Origin: Mobula hypostoma
Taxonomy: Eukaryota
DNA: 64,000 nucleotides
Direction of reading: 5' to 3'
Assembly (NCBI RefSeq): GCF_963921235.1
Contig: NC_086106.1
Coordinates: forward strand, 65,286,001 to 65,350,000
Of the stretch, positions 25,943 to 38,655 are shown in pieces. Under the pieces are notes generated by a model. It was given only the letters and a program-made list of their open reading frames with translations. It searched no databases and was not told where the DNA came from. A program made the position numbers and the translations under genes. Position 1 is the stretch's first letter; each line of letters opens with the position of its first letter.

Positions 25943-26852
25943 CCACTAAGCCCATCTTTCCCTCTCCACCTCTCTCCGCCTTCTGCAGGGATCGGTCCCT
26001 CTGCAGCTCCCTGGTCCACACGTCCCTCCCCATGGATCTCCAACCTGGCACTTATCCCTGTAAGCGCAAGTGCTACACCTGCCCCTACACGTCCTCTCTT
26101 GCCACCATTCAGGGCCCCAAACAGTACTTCCAAGTGAGGCAACACTTCACTTGTGAGTCTTTTGGGGTTATCTGTTGCATCTGGTGCTCCCAGTGCGGCC
26201 TCCTCTACATTGGTGAAACCCGACACAGATTGGGGGACCGCTTCATCGAGCACCTCCGCTCCGTCCGCCATAACAGACAGGATCTCCCAGTAGCCACCCA
26301 CTTCAACTCTGCTTCCCACTCCCATTCAGATATGTCCATACATGGCCTCCTCTACTGCCATGATGAGGCTAAACTCAGGTTGGAGGAGCAACGCCTCATA
26401 TACTGTCTAGGTAGTCTCCAGCCCCTTGGTATGAACATAGAATTCTCCAACTTCCGGTAATTCCCTCCCCCTCCATTCCCCTCTCCCTATTTCACTCTGT
26501 CCCCTCCCCCAGCTGCCTACCACCTCCCTCTTGGTTCCACCTCCTACTACCCATTGTATTTTCCCCTATTCTTTCTTCACCTTTCCTGCCTATCCTCTCC
26601 CTGCTTCCCTTCCCCCACCCCTTTATCTTTCCCCTTACTGGTTTTTCACCTGGAACCTACCAGCCTCCTCCTTCCCACCCTCCCCCCACCTTCTTTATAG
26701 GGCCTCTGCCCCTTCCCTCTTCAGTCCTGATGAAGGGTTCCGGCCTGAAACGTCAACCGATCTTTTCCACGGATGCTGCCTGACCTGCTGTGTTCCTCCA
26801 GCGTGTTGTGAGTGTTGCTTTGACCCCAGCATCTGCAGATTATTTTGTGTTT
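25943..26852 (+). mobile_element. Young 5'-truncated Penelope-like insertion with open GIY-YIG endonuclease frame and 15-bp TSD
   Basis: ORF to 26460: CKRKCYTC...GVICCIWCSQCGLLYIGETRHRLGDRFIEH...VATHF...GMNIEFSNFR. TSD TCCATATCCCTCCCA at 25928-25942 and 26853-26867. Hammerhead core at 26722-26759. Confidence 0.92.
26722..26759 (+). ncRNA. Minimal type I hammerhead ribozyme motif, core intact, stem I damaged
   Basis: CAGTC CTGATGA A GGGTTCCGGCCT GAAA CG TC AACCG; two mismatches in stem I. Confidence 0.65.
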
Positions 26853-27667
26853 TCCATATCCCTCCCATATTCCTTACATCCATGTGCCTATCCAAACATC
26901 TCTTAAAAGCCTCGAATGTATTTGCCTCTATCATCACCCATGACTCTGAGTGAAAAACTTGCTACTCACATCCCCCTTGAACCTACCACCCCCTCCCCCA
27001 CACATTCACTGCATGTCCTCTGGTATTAGACATTTTAACCCTGGGAAACATATTCTCTATCTATGCCTCTCATAATCTGTCAGATCTCGACTCAGCCTCC
27101 AGTGCTCCAGAGAAAACAACCGAAGTTTATCCTCTTGTGATATCACATGCCCTCTAAACCAGGCAGCATCCTAGTAATCCTCTTCTGCACCCACTCTAAT
27201 GCCTCAACATCCTTCCTAAAGTAGGGTGACCTGAACTGCACTCAATACTACAGATGTGGCCTAACTAGAGTATTAGAAAGTTGCAACATAACCTGACTTT
27301 TGAACTCAGTGCCTCAACGAATAAAAGCAAGCATTCCATAAGCCTTCTTAATCACCTTATCGACTTGTCCAGCCATTTTCAAGAAGCTGTGAACTTGGAT
27401 TCCAGCATCTTTCTACTTATCAACACTATTAAGTGTTGCCCTTAACAGTGTACTCTCTCCTTACATTTGCCCTACCATGGTGCAACACCTCACATTTATC
27501 TGTGCTAAACTTCATCTGCCATTTCTTTGCCCATATCTTAGCCCATGATCTATATTCTGTATATTCTTTGCCAGTATTCTACACTATCCCCAACTCCACA
27601 AGTCTTGTCATCATCTGCAAATTTACTAACCCAGCCATCTATATTTTCATCCAGGTCATTTATGAAC

Positions 27668-27913
27668 CACTTGGCCGCGTGTGTTGGGCACGTGGCCAAA
27701 TGGTTAAGGCGTTCGTCTAGTTATCTCAAGGTCGCTAGCTCGAGCCTCAGCTGTGGCAGCATGTTTGTGCCCTTGAGCAAGGCACTTAATCATACATTGC
27801 TGTGGTCTGTGGGAGGAGCAGCACTCCACATAGACTTCCAATCTGCGCCTTGTAAGGCATGAAAATGCCCAACGCAGGCCTCTGATGGTCTGAATCGACG
27901 TTCCTCGCCCCCC
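27668..27913 (+). mobile_element. tRNA-derived CORE-type SINE nested in CR1
   Basis: A-box-like GTGGCCAAATGG, B-box-like GCTCGAGCC and CORE-like gtgcccttgagcaaggcacttaa. TSD CATTTATGAAC (27657-27667) / CATTTATAAAC (27914-27924). Confidence 0.8.
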
Positions 27914-30499
27914 CATTTATAAACATCACAACCAGCGGAGATCCTTGTGGAGCTCCACTACTTACAGATCTCCAGCTTGAGTAAGTCTCTTCAACCACTA
28001 CCCTCTGTCTTCTAAGCCAGTTCTGAATCCAAACAGCCAATTCGCCACAAACCTCATGCATCTTAATCTTCTGGGTTAGCATGCTGGCTTTCCCTAATTA
28101 GGCCATGGATTTTTAAGTGCTCATGTATCCTTTCCCTAAGGACTTATCCACCTTAATACTCACGAAAAGGCCCAACACTTCCTCTTTGAAAAACACTTCC
28201 TCTTTGACCTCTAAATACCCTAAAGTAATTATACACTCAGCACTGATCTCCTAGCCCTCCATATCCTTTTCCTTGGTAAATACTGAAGCAAAGTACTCAT
28301 TAAGTACCTTACTCACATTCTCCACATCCAAGTAAATGTTCCCCCTTTTATCCCCAAGTGATCCCACCCTTTCCCTTTTGCTCTTGATGTATGTATAGAA
28401 TGCATTGGGATTCATCTTAATCCTACTCGCAAAGGACTTTTCATGGCTCCTCCTGGCATTCCTAATTCCCTACTTCAGATCTTTTGTGGCTTCTTTATAA
28501 TCCAAATGTACTTTGGTTGATCCTGGCTTCCAAAGCTTTACATACTTTTCCTTTTTTTTCATGACTAAATTCAGCACCTGTCTGATGTCCAAGGTTGTCT
28601 TTCTTATCTTTCCATCTCCATCCTTCCTTCCAGCAGGAGCATACTTTCCTTGTACTCCGTGCAATTGATCTTTAAGCACCATCCACATGTCCAGTGTTGT
28701 CTTGCCAGAGAAGGTTTTCCCAGTTAACACCTTTTAGGTCCTGCCTGATGCCCTCGTAATTTGCCCTACTCAAATTTAAAACTCTACCACAAGGACCATG
28801 CCTATCCTTACCAATAGCTATCCTGAAAATTAAGGAGTTGCAATCACTGTTTCCTAACTGTTCACCTACTGAAAGGTCAGTCACCTGGCCAGGCTCATCT
28901 TGAACACCAGGTCCAGTATGGCCCTCCTCTTGTTGGACTGCCAATATATTGATTTAAGAAACCTTCCTGGATACACTTAACAAATTCTGGTCCATCTAAA
29001 TAGCTTACACTAAGAAGGTCCCAGTTTATGTTAGGGAAGTTGAGTTTCCTCATAACAACAACTCAATTATTTTCACACATTCCCTTAATATGATTATATA
29101 TCTGTTCCTCAATGTGCCATTGTCTGTTGGGAAGTTTGTAGGACAATCTCCTCAGTGTGATTGGACCCTTCCTATTCCTGAGCTCTACCCAGATGGACTC
29201 AGTGCCTGACCCCTCCATTATGTCTACCCTGAGTGCAGCTGTAATATTGTCCCATATTTACTAGTGCAACGCCATCCTCACTTTCTTTTACCTCCTCCTC
29301 TATCTTTTCTAAAACTTGAATAACCTGCTACATTCATCACTCATTCCTGCCCCTCTCATAACCAAGTTTTGGTGATGGCTACAACATTGTAGTTCCAAGT
29401 ACTGGTCCATGCTCTTACGTTCATCACCTTTACCCATAATAGTTCTAACATCAAAATATACATACTTCAAACTATCCAGCCCATCATACTTGTTATTTCA
29501 ATTTTGCCTTTCAATACTTTCCCTGTCATCTACATTTCAGTTTGATCCTCCCCTTACTGAGCTGGGACTCCAGTTCTAGTTTAAACTAGTTTAAACTTAC
29601 CCCAGTAGCATCAGCAAACCTCCTGGCCAGGATATTGGTTCCTCTCCAGTTCAGGTGCAACCCATTCCTTTCGTACAGGTCACCCCTTCCACATAAAAGG
29701 TTCCAGTGATCCAAGAACTTGAAACCCCGCCTGCTGCACCATCTCCTCAGGCACTCATTTATCCGTGTCTGAGAATATCCCGCAGCCGCTCCGACTCTCG
29801 CATCCAGGAGGCAACGCACCATCCTGATTTCTCTTTTGCAGCCACAGAATCTCCTTTCTGTCCCCCTAACTCTCGAGTCCCCTATAACCACTGCATTGCC
29901 TGACTTTACCCTTCCCTGCCGAGCCGTAGAACTGGCCACAGTGCCACCAGCCTGGCTGCTGCTGCCTGCTGTGATCATGGGGGAGGGGGTTGCGGGTGGG
30001 GAGAAGTTGCGGGTGTGGAAGGGTCCAGGATTGATGGTCAGGTATTAGCAGGTGTGCCTGATGGATTGGGAGTTGATGGAAGTTTGATACTGATGTATCA
30101 GTGCTTACACAGGCCGGTGGTTGACACGCGATTGGAGAGTGAGGTTGACAGATTGTTGGAAAGTGGTCAGCTAATTTGTTAAATGCAGCTGAGGAATTTG
30201 GAGGCTTCATGGAGAGCATTTTACGTAATTACTTATATGCATGTAACAGCTTATCGTGCTTCATCATGGTCATAGTATGTATCTGAAAGTACAGTGCATT
30301 CCCCTAGTGGATGATTCTGGAAGCTTCTCTTGGTACTATTGGATTTGAATAGGGGATATCTCATCGGTTAATTCTTTGGTTTGTTTGGCATTGGTTTGTT
30401 TTCTTGGCTATAATGTCCACATTACTAAACTTAGTATTTTAATCAGAGAAACCTAGAGTCTTCTGTGAAATAAATTCAAGCACATTCTTTAATTGGATG

Positions 30500-30815
30500 C
30501 CGTGCCTCTATTTGTTGGTGGGATATGGGATGCCAGCATTTATGGTCCACCATTAATAGTCCATGATTTGAGGGGCAATTAAGAGTTAAGGGATTGGGGA
30601 TTTTGGATTCACGTGCAAGCTGAGATTGGTAAATTCTCTTCCCAGGGGAACATTGTGGAGTCGAGGGGCAGGTTCATGGTTATTGTTAATGAGATTAGCT
30701 TTTCTTTTAATTGCAGAGCATCGATTTATACAAATTTTGAAGTTAAGTTCCCCAGCTGCCATGATGGAATCAGCATCATGACTCCAGATTAGTGAGCCAG
30801 ACCTATGGCTGCTAT
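30500..30815 (-). mobile_element. Old decayed SINE-like repeat
   Basis: Resembles common shark/ray SINE sequence (gaggggcaattaagagt..., aagttcccagctgccatgatggaat); recognition from memory only. Confidence 0.35.
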
Positions 30816-31624
30816 CCACAGCTTTCTAATTGCTAAGCTGGATAATACACTGAGTGTGAACAGGCCATTGTTCAGGTGCACTGTATGTGGAACAAGATCA
30901 ATCTTAAATGCACAACATAAGGGAACAGAGTTCAATTGGAAGATTTTTTTGCAGCATTCCCGTTGGGGTTCTGTGTTTTCATTAGGTTTTGCACACTGTA
31001 TAGCCAAGGGAAATATAGATCACTGAGTTTGTTGGTGGAATGAAATTTAACTTCCTGAAGTAGAGGAATCTGGGAAGCTGGTCACTAAATATTTCATTCT
31101 CTGGGTACCTTTGCCAAACTCCCAAGTGTAGAAAGTGAGAGAACAAAGCAAAAATTGCTTTCCTGAAATGGGTTCTTTGCTTAATTGCAGAACAAAAGTA
31201 GACCAAATTGCATCTGAACTGATAGTCAGGATTAATTGGAATCATTACCTGAAGATTGTGCCTCAAACTAAAGAGCCAAGACGGTGCTGTCAGTGTGCCA
31301 CCATTTACTGAAGGCACAAGTTTGCTTTATTACCTTGGGCTTAATGAGTAATTGGTATAAAAGGCAACTCATAAAAGTTAAAATATAATAGCCATAAATT
31401 TCGATGTAGCACAAACAATGTAATGATCCAACTGGGAATTTTCAGCCAGTGAATCCTGGCACTTCAAGGAATTAAATAAGATCAGAAATGCCTGTGGGAT
31501 AATATTGTCCCTTCTCTTGAAAGGTAGAATGACATTTGTTGTCCCTTTTGATGCCTTATGGCACATCAGGCAGCATTTTATGACATTTCTGTAGCATTCG
31601 ACTTTTTTATGAAGCCAGGTTGCT

Positions 31625-31735
31625 CAACTCAACTTTATGCTCAACTCAGCACGGACAGAAAGCGTTCAGCCGCTGGCTGGATTTGAACTCGGAACCTTTG
31701 GCCTTGAAGTCCAGTGCTGATGCCACCAGCCAGCA
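31625..31735 (-). mobile_element. tRNA-derived SINE head fragment
   Basis: The - strand reads ...ctggacttcaaggccaaaggttccGAGTTCAAATCCagcc, a B box in a tRNA-like context. Confidence 0.55.
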
Positions 31736-34429
31736 AGAATGATGTTTAATTAGAAATAAATAACTTAAAATTACTAAGTTATAAATACAACTTGACAAAA
31801 TACCCTCCAAAATGATCGTTGTCTGTATATGTATAAGTATTTTTGAAGAAAATGACTCATTAATGGATGATTATATTACGCACCAGGACATTAGGTACAT
31901 GATTCTACAGCTTCAGTTCGACTTGTTTAATTCTTCTTGCATGAGTAACTACAAATATTTATATTCAGTTAAAAATAAGGGAAATTGCAATCCTAAGAAA
32001 GCAGCAAAAAATATGTTCATTCTGATTCCTTATGCTGCAACATGGATTTATTTTGTGTGCTGCAAGAATAAAAATCTTCTGTCAAAAGAGCAAGTAGCCA
32101 AAATCATTACAACATTAGTTTGAGAAATGTGTTGTGCATTTCCAAGCTGTGTTGCATCTTTCAAATCTGTGTAACACTATTTCAAAGTCAGTATTGCACC
32201 ATTTTGATGATCTGTCGCACATTTTCAATTTTTATGGCATTATTTTCACTATAAATAGATAACATAGATGACAAAGTATTATTTTCAATATAGAAATGAC
32301 TGGATAATATTGTTCTGGGAAAGATAAAATAGATTGCCGGAATGAAAGAACAATAATAATAAAATTAGAAATTGAAACGTTTTAAAACACTGATGTTATG
32401 CAGCAAAGCCGTGGATCAGAGATAATCTTAACCTTCTTCTGCTGTATTATCTGCCTTCACCTGACTCGAAAACCCACAGGCTGATTAGCATCAAATTCTC
32501 TTTCCATTATGAAGTCTAGGATATTTGCAGTCCCTTTGGTCTGTTAGTGATTGGAGCTACTATAGTCAGTAATGGTTAAAGTGACTGTTACATCCAAAAT
32601 ACAGTGTCCTAACAAGAATTCATTTTTTTTAAATCATTTCATCTGTCCAGTAAAACTGAGTTTTCCACTTACCCGATTACAGCAATTAACTGCTCCATCA
32701 GGAAAATAACTGAGCAGTGTTTTTATCGTAGGTTGACCTGTAATGCTGCATTGCTTTTTCAAAATGGGGCTTTTGTTCTTTTAACAAAGCATGTGAAATG
32801 TGAGTCTTAGTAATCAAAAACACAATAGAGTTTCTGTTGTTACCAGGTGATAATGTTATAACCCTAGTTGAAACGGGAAACATGAAGATGAAAAGCCTTT
32901 AAAAGTAAGAACCAGTACTGTGAGTTAAGGTAGACACTTTATACATACAGAGGATATCTTGCTGGTTTAACATTGGGCCAGTTGCTTTAAGTGAACAAAA
33001 TAGTGGAGAGGGTAATTGCATTTGGAACCTGCAACAGTGACCAATGGGTTTAAAATGTGGGGAAATAGATTTATGATTAAAATTACAGCACACAATTTTT
33101 TTGTGTACAAAGGTATTATGAGTTGTAAATTGCATCACCAGCGTTAGTAATTGAAGCTGAAACCTTGATAACATTAAGGAAGTCGAATAGATGATGGTTG
33201 AATGAAAAAGGAGGTAAGTGGTAAGGGGAACAAGGTGGGTCAGTGTACAAGTGCCACAAATTTGATATACACCGGCAACAGCTTGTTGGATCAATCACTG
33301 GGCTGCATTTGGGGAATGTAATGTCAGTGCCAGGTAATTCTTTGTGTTGTGCATCAAACTGCTCAAGATTTGATATAGTAGTGAAGAAAAAAGACTGGCA
33401 TGTCAAATCATTAGAAGTCTCAGCGGCAATAATAAGCCAGTAATCAGTACTCTGCCTTCCCTTTCTTTATGCTCTTACAATACACATCAAAGCCATGGGG
33501 CTGCTATTCACATCTGTGTTGCAACTGCAGCCAATAATGCACTGGCCAGGGCAGCAATAGCAAAGGCATAAGCTGCTCCAAGACGGCGGTTTTCTTTCAG
33601 TGAATACACAAATGCACATATTGATTTTCCAATTGTAGTCAGCAGGCACTGTGGCCTAATCTCTTTTTCTAAAAAAAAACACAAGAACAAAAACTTATAG
33701 CAAGAATTCCTGATGCCTCCTATTTATTTGAAGTGGTCCTGAAAAGCAGTCTTTTGAACTATGTCTCCTTTGTTTGACATCGAATACATGCTGTCGCAGG
33801 TGAGGTTGTCACAAGAAAACTTCATCCACACGGCATTGTCTGGCTGTTCATCTCTGAAAGAAATGGGTTTGACCACCGTGCATAGAATGCCCTTCTAAGT
33901 CTTTATTTTCAATCCCAAACATTGCACAAGCAGGGACAAGTAATGTTTGGCAGGATTGAACAACAGATGCAGAAGCTAAAAACATGGGAAACTTTGATTA
34001 GAAACAATGATATCTTGCAACTATTTAAGAAAGATATGGACTATTTTATTAAGCTCAGGGTGCCTAGAATGTTTTCTAGCTAATTGAGTTCTTTTAAAGT
34101 ACTTTCACTATGGAAGAAAATAATTTTAAATGTGAAAAATAAATAAACTTCAAAATACTTCCCAGAATCTTTAAAATAGTGCAAAATAAAAGTAAATGAA
34201 ATATTCACCTTGATACATCATTCCTTTTTGCATATCTGCAAAATAAAAGTCAATTCCAATAAATTCAGAACTTACAGTTTCCGTCAATAGAATGTCTTTC
34301 AAATTGATGATTTTATGGAATGAAGGACTACAGCAACTACTTCTTAGTTGTCTTGCCTTATTATTGACTAGAAGACTTCTTGTCTTCTTATTTGGCACTT
34401 TCTGGCATGAGTGGACCTGTGTGTGTTCT

Positions 34430-37400
34430 ATACCGTCATTGCGCAATCCCGGGAGAACAGAATCTGAAGACCACCGTGGTGTAATGAAACCAGGAGATTT
34501 GCAGTCTGCTGAGGACTAGGTCTGAAGCATTAAAGACTGGTGATCAAAGAAGTTCGATGCAAGGTCATTGTAAGAGCAAAAAGGCAATTTTCTGGGAAGT
34601 TAGAGATGCAGTCGGGTGCACAACCCCTGTAACAGGGTTTGAGCGTCATTACTTCCTATAAGGTGAAATCTAACAGCATAATTTGTTGTGATGTTTCATT
34701 TTCTGAAAAGCACAACACCTTTTATGCATGCATTGAAAGGGAGAATAAAGCTACACCTGTGCACATCTCCACAGCATCTGGTGACCTTGTGATCACTGTT
34801 TCTGAGGCCAACATCCAAACATCCTTCAAGAAGGTGAACCATCGCAAGGTGTCAGGCCCAAATGGTGTACCTGGCAGAGTCCTGAAAATCTGTGCCAACT
34901 AATTGGCTAGAGTTTTCAAGGACATCTTCAGCCTCTCAGTGCTGCAGTTGGAGGTTCCCTCAAGCTTCAAAAGGGCATCAATTATACCGCTGCCCAAGAA
35001 GGAGAGGGTGAGCTGCTGCAATGACTGGCATTCACATCTACATCGATGAAGTGCCTTGAGCAGTTAGTCATGGTTAGAGTTAATTCCTGCCCGAGCAAGG
35101 ACCTGGAGCCACAGCATTTTGCCTATCACCACAACAGGTCTACAGCAGACACAATCTCACTGGCTCTGTACTTGGCCTTCGGCAACCTGGACAACACCAA
35201 TACCTGTGTTACATTGCTGTTTATTAATTAAAGCTCAGCGTTCAATTCCATCAGCCCCCTCAGTACTAGTTAACAAGCTTCAGTACCTGGGCCTCTGTAT
35301 GTCTCTCTGCAGTTGTATCCCTGAACTCCTCATCAGCCGACAACAATTAGTGCAGATCAGTAATAAGATCTCCTCCTTGCTAACAGTCAACACTGGTGCA
35401 CCTCAAGGATGTATGCTTTGCCCACTGTTCTCTCTCTACACTCATGATTGTGGCTGGGCACAGCTCAAACATCATCCATAAATTCGCAGATGACACTACA
35501 GTTGTTGGTAGGATCCCAGATGGTAACAAGGAGACATACAGGAATAAGATAGATCGGCTGGATGAGTGGAGTTGCAACAACAACACTGCACTCAGCATCA
35601 GCAAGATTAAGGAACTGATTGTGGACATCTGTAAGGGGAAGACAGGAGAACACATGTCAGTCCTCATTGAGGGGTCAGCAATGGTAAAGATGATTAGCTT
35701 CCAACTAATGGACATGATCTTCTCCGAGATCTATCCTGGACCTAACATATCGATGCAATCACAAAGAAGGCTGCAAGCGGCCATTCTTCATCAAGAGTTC
35801 ATAAAGATTTGGCATGCCACCAAAGACAAGAAAATTTCTACTGTGGGGAGCATTCTGACTGGTCACATCAACATCGTTTGTGGGGGCTCCAATGCACAAG
35901 ATCGAAAGAGGCTGCAGGCTCATCCAGCTCCATCATGGGCTCAGGCCTTCCACCTTCAAGGGCTCAGGCCTTCCCACCATCGAGGGCTCAAGCCTTCCTT
36001 CCATCAAGGGCTCAGGCCTTCCACCATCAAGGGCTCAGGCCTTCCACCATCAAGGGCTCAGGCCTTCCACCATCATGGGCTCAAGCCTTCCATCATCAAG
36101 GGCTCAGGCCTTCCACCATCAAAGGCTCAGGCCTTCCACCATCATGGGCTCAAGCCTTCCGCCATCAAGGGCTCAAGCCTTCCGCCATCAAGGGCTCAAG
36201 CCTTCCGCCATCAAAGGCTCAGGCCTTCCACCATCGAGGGGTAAAGCCTTCCCACCAACAAGGGCTCAAGCCTTCCCACCATCAAGGGCTCAAGCCTTCC
36301 CACCATCAAGGGCTCAAGCCTTCCACCATCAAGGGCTCAGGCCTTCCCACCATCATGGGCTCAAGCCTTCCACCATCAAGGGCTCAGGCCTTCCACCATC
36401 AAGGGCTCAAGCCTTCCACCGTCAAGTGCTCAGGCCTTCCACCGTCAAAGGCTCAGGCCTTCCCACCATCAAGGGCTCAGGCCTTCCACCATCAAGGGCT
36501 CGCCTTCCACCATCAAGGGCTTGGGCATTCCATCATCAAGGGCTCAAGCCTTCCCACAATCAAGTGCTCAGGCCTTCCCACCATCAAGTGCTCAGGCCTT
36601 CCCACCATTATGTGCTCAAGCCTTCCCACCATCGAGGGCTCAGGCCTTCCACCATCAAGGGCTCAGGCCTTCCACCATCAAGGGCTCAAGCTTTCCACCA
36701 TCAAGGGCTCAGGCCTTTCATCATCAAGGGCTCAGGCCTTCCCACCATTATGGGCTCAAGCCTTCCCACCATCGAGGGCTCAGGCCTCCCACCATCGAGG
36801 GCTCAGGCCTCCCACCATCGAGGGCTCAGGCCTCCCACCATTGAGGGCTCAGGCCTTCCACCATCAAGGGCTCAAGCTTTCCACCATCAAGGGCTCAGGC
36901 CTTCCATCATCAAGGGCTCAGGCTTTCCATCATCAAGGGCTCAGGCCTTCCACCATCAAGGGCTCAAGCCTTCCCACCATCAAGGGCTCAGGCCTTCCCA
37001 CCATCAAGGGTTCAAGCCTTCCCACCATCAAGGGCTCAGGCCTTCCCACCATCAAGGAATCAAGCCTTCTACCATCAAGGGCTCAAGCCTTCCCACCATC
37101 AAGGGCTCAGGCCTTCCACCATCAACGGCTCGGGCCTTCCCACCATTATGGGCTCAAGCCTTCCCACCATCATGGACGTCTTCAAAAGGAGCTTGTTCAA
37201 GAAGATGGCTTCCATCATTAAGGATCCTCACCATCTGGAAATGCCCTGCTTTCATTACTACCGTCGAGGAGAAGGTACAGGAGCCTGAAGATACACTTCA
37301 GTGTTTTCTCTGTATGATGGGATGTCTGGATGGTTCATGAACTCATGGACACTACCTCACTATTCCTCATTTTCACTTTATTTTTTATGGCAACCTACAA

Positions 37401-37490
37401 ATATTTCTGTGTTTTGCACTGTACTGCTAACAGAAAGCAATCAATTCCGTCACTTATGTCTGTGATAATAAACCTGATTCTGATTCTGAG
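34430..37490 (+). mobile_element. Rex1/Babar-type LINE, decayed, with internal minisatellite
   Basis: RT peptides KVSGPNGVPGRVLKICAN, MKCLEQLV...FAYHHNRSTADTIS, NTGAPQGCMLCP, HKFADDTTVVG. Resumes after the array at 37175 and ends aataaacctgattctgattctga. Confidence 0.9.
35930..37175 (+). repeat. Minisatellite, 23-24-bp unit CCACCATCAAGGGCTCA(G/A)GCCTT(C), roughly 53 copies
   Basis: Directly visible tandem array. Confidence 0.98.
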
Positions 37491-37964
37491 TGAGTGGCTG
37501 GGATCCCCACAAAGTTTGGACTGATCCCATGCCACAATCAAAGTCATCAGTTTTTCCAGTTCTTATATGTCACTTCTCCCCCTGCCACTCTCCCCCCGAC
37601 AAACTGGATCACAGAACGTCCCCATTTGAACCTACTGTTTTCTGTCTTCTTTCTGCTCTATATTCTTGAACACTTTTTGGATGGTAACTGCATGAAAATA
37701 TGCATTGCCAGTCCTCGGGAGCAACTGAAGTTTACAGCAACCTGATCATTAGCTCTGTCTACATTAAAGAGTCATCAGAATTGCTTGGTTGTAGGTTTTC
37801 TATTTTCGTATTGTTTCATTCAGTGATAGACCTAAGTAATAGTGGTTTCCCTACGGTAAAGTGATAAATCTCAGTCACACATTAGAAATTCATTGCGGTT
37901 TTCCTACTCAGCTTCGAAACGTGGGATTTGCAGTTTGCCAGAGTAACTGGTGTGCGAGTAACTC

Positions 37965-38655
37965 GAGGGCAGTGCATTAGCACATCTGGCTGAGCAGTGG
38001 CCTCACTGTACCAGGGACTCAGGTTCAATCCTGACCACAGGCTCTGTTGATATGGAAGTTTGCATTTTGCTACTGTGACCACTTTGGGTTCTTCCAGTTG
38101 CTCCAGTTTCCTCCCATATCCCAAGGATATGCATGTCAGTAGCTTAATGGACCACTGTATATTGCCATTAGCGTACGGTAGAATCGTATAATAGTGGGAA
38201 CTACATACGCAAAACACTGGAGGAAGTCAGAAGGCAAGGCAGCATCCAAGGGGCTGGATAAACAGTTAACGTTTTGGGCCGAGACCTTTCTTCAGGACTG
38301 GAAAGGAAGGGGGGAAACACTGCAATGAAAAGGTGGGGTCTTCTTTCCCCTTCCTTTCCAGTTCTGAAGAAGGGTCTCGGGCCAAAACGTTGACTGTTCG
38401 TTCATTTCCATGGATGCTACCTGACTTGCAGCTGAGTTCCTCCAGCATTCTGCGTGTGTTGCTTGGGATTTCTAGTATTTGCAGAGTTTCTTGTGTTTAT
38501 GATTTGGTGGGAGCTGATGTAATGGGAGCTGATGTAAATGTAGGAAGAGTAAAGCATGGAATTGACGTAGGATTTGTCTAATTGGTTGTTTGATGGTCAG
38601 TACGGACTCTATAGAAGGGCCTGTGCTCGAGCTGTAGTTGTCCATAATTATGACT
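37965..38655 (+). mobile_element. V-SINE (HE1-like) split by an inverted PLE-terminal insertion
   Basis: B box GGTTCAATCC and V-domain gggttcttccagttgctccagtttcctcccatatcccaagga. Tail gaagggcctgtgctcgagctgta after 38500. Confidence 0.75.
38203..38498. mobile_element. Inverted pair of PLE terminal repeats with two hammerhead relics (one per strand)
   Basis: - strand CAGTC CTGAAGA AAGGTCTCGGCCC AAAA CGTT AACTG (~38263-38300). + strand CAGTT CTGAAGA AGGGTCTCGGGCC AAAA CGTT GACTG (~38359-38396). Flanks tagtgggaact / tggtgggagct resemble a decayed TSD. Confidence 0.85.

Larger units (their letters stand above)
25865..29960 (-). mobile_element. Decayed, internally deleted near-full-length CR1 LINE (ORF1 esterase, endonuclease, partial RT, 3' tail), with nested PLE and SINE
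   Basis: ORF1 SGNH esterase motifs AVVIGDS..RG and DLYERNGLHLNWRGTNILA (29586-29978). Endonuclease-end peptide EPGQVTDLSVGEQLGNSDCNSLIF. RT fragments WIQNWL..QRVVVE..SSWRSVSSGAPQGS. 3' tail gctgtactgttctat at ~25870-25885. Confidence 0.85.

Noticed and set aside
25900-26460. GIY-YIG ORFs (also 48083-48469) as host nuclease genes
   Set aside because: They are 5'-truncated ends of PLE ORFs followed by PLE UTR/terminal repeats; the listed starts are incidental.
27688-27760. Possible tRNA gene
   Set aside because: tRNA-like head of a SINE, followed by a CORE-like body and flanked by a TSD; B box is mutated.
35809-37340. 470-aa and 486-aa ORFs
   Set aside because: By-products of a stop-free 23/24-bp tandem repeat; the same peptides recur in all frames; embedded in a dead LINE.
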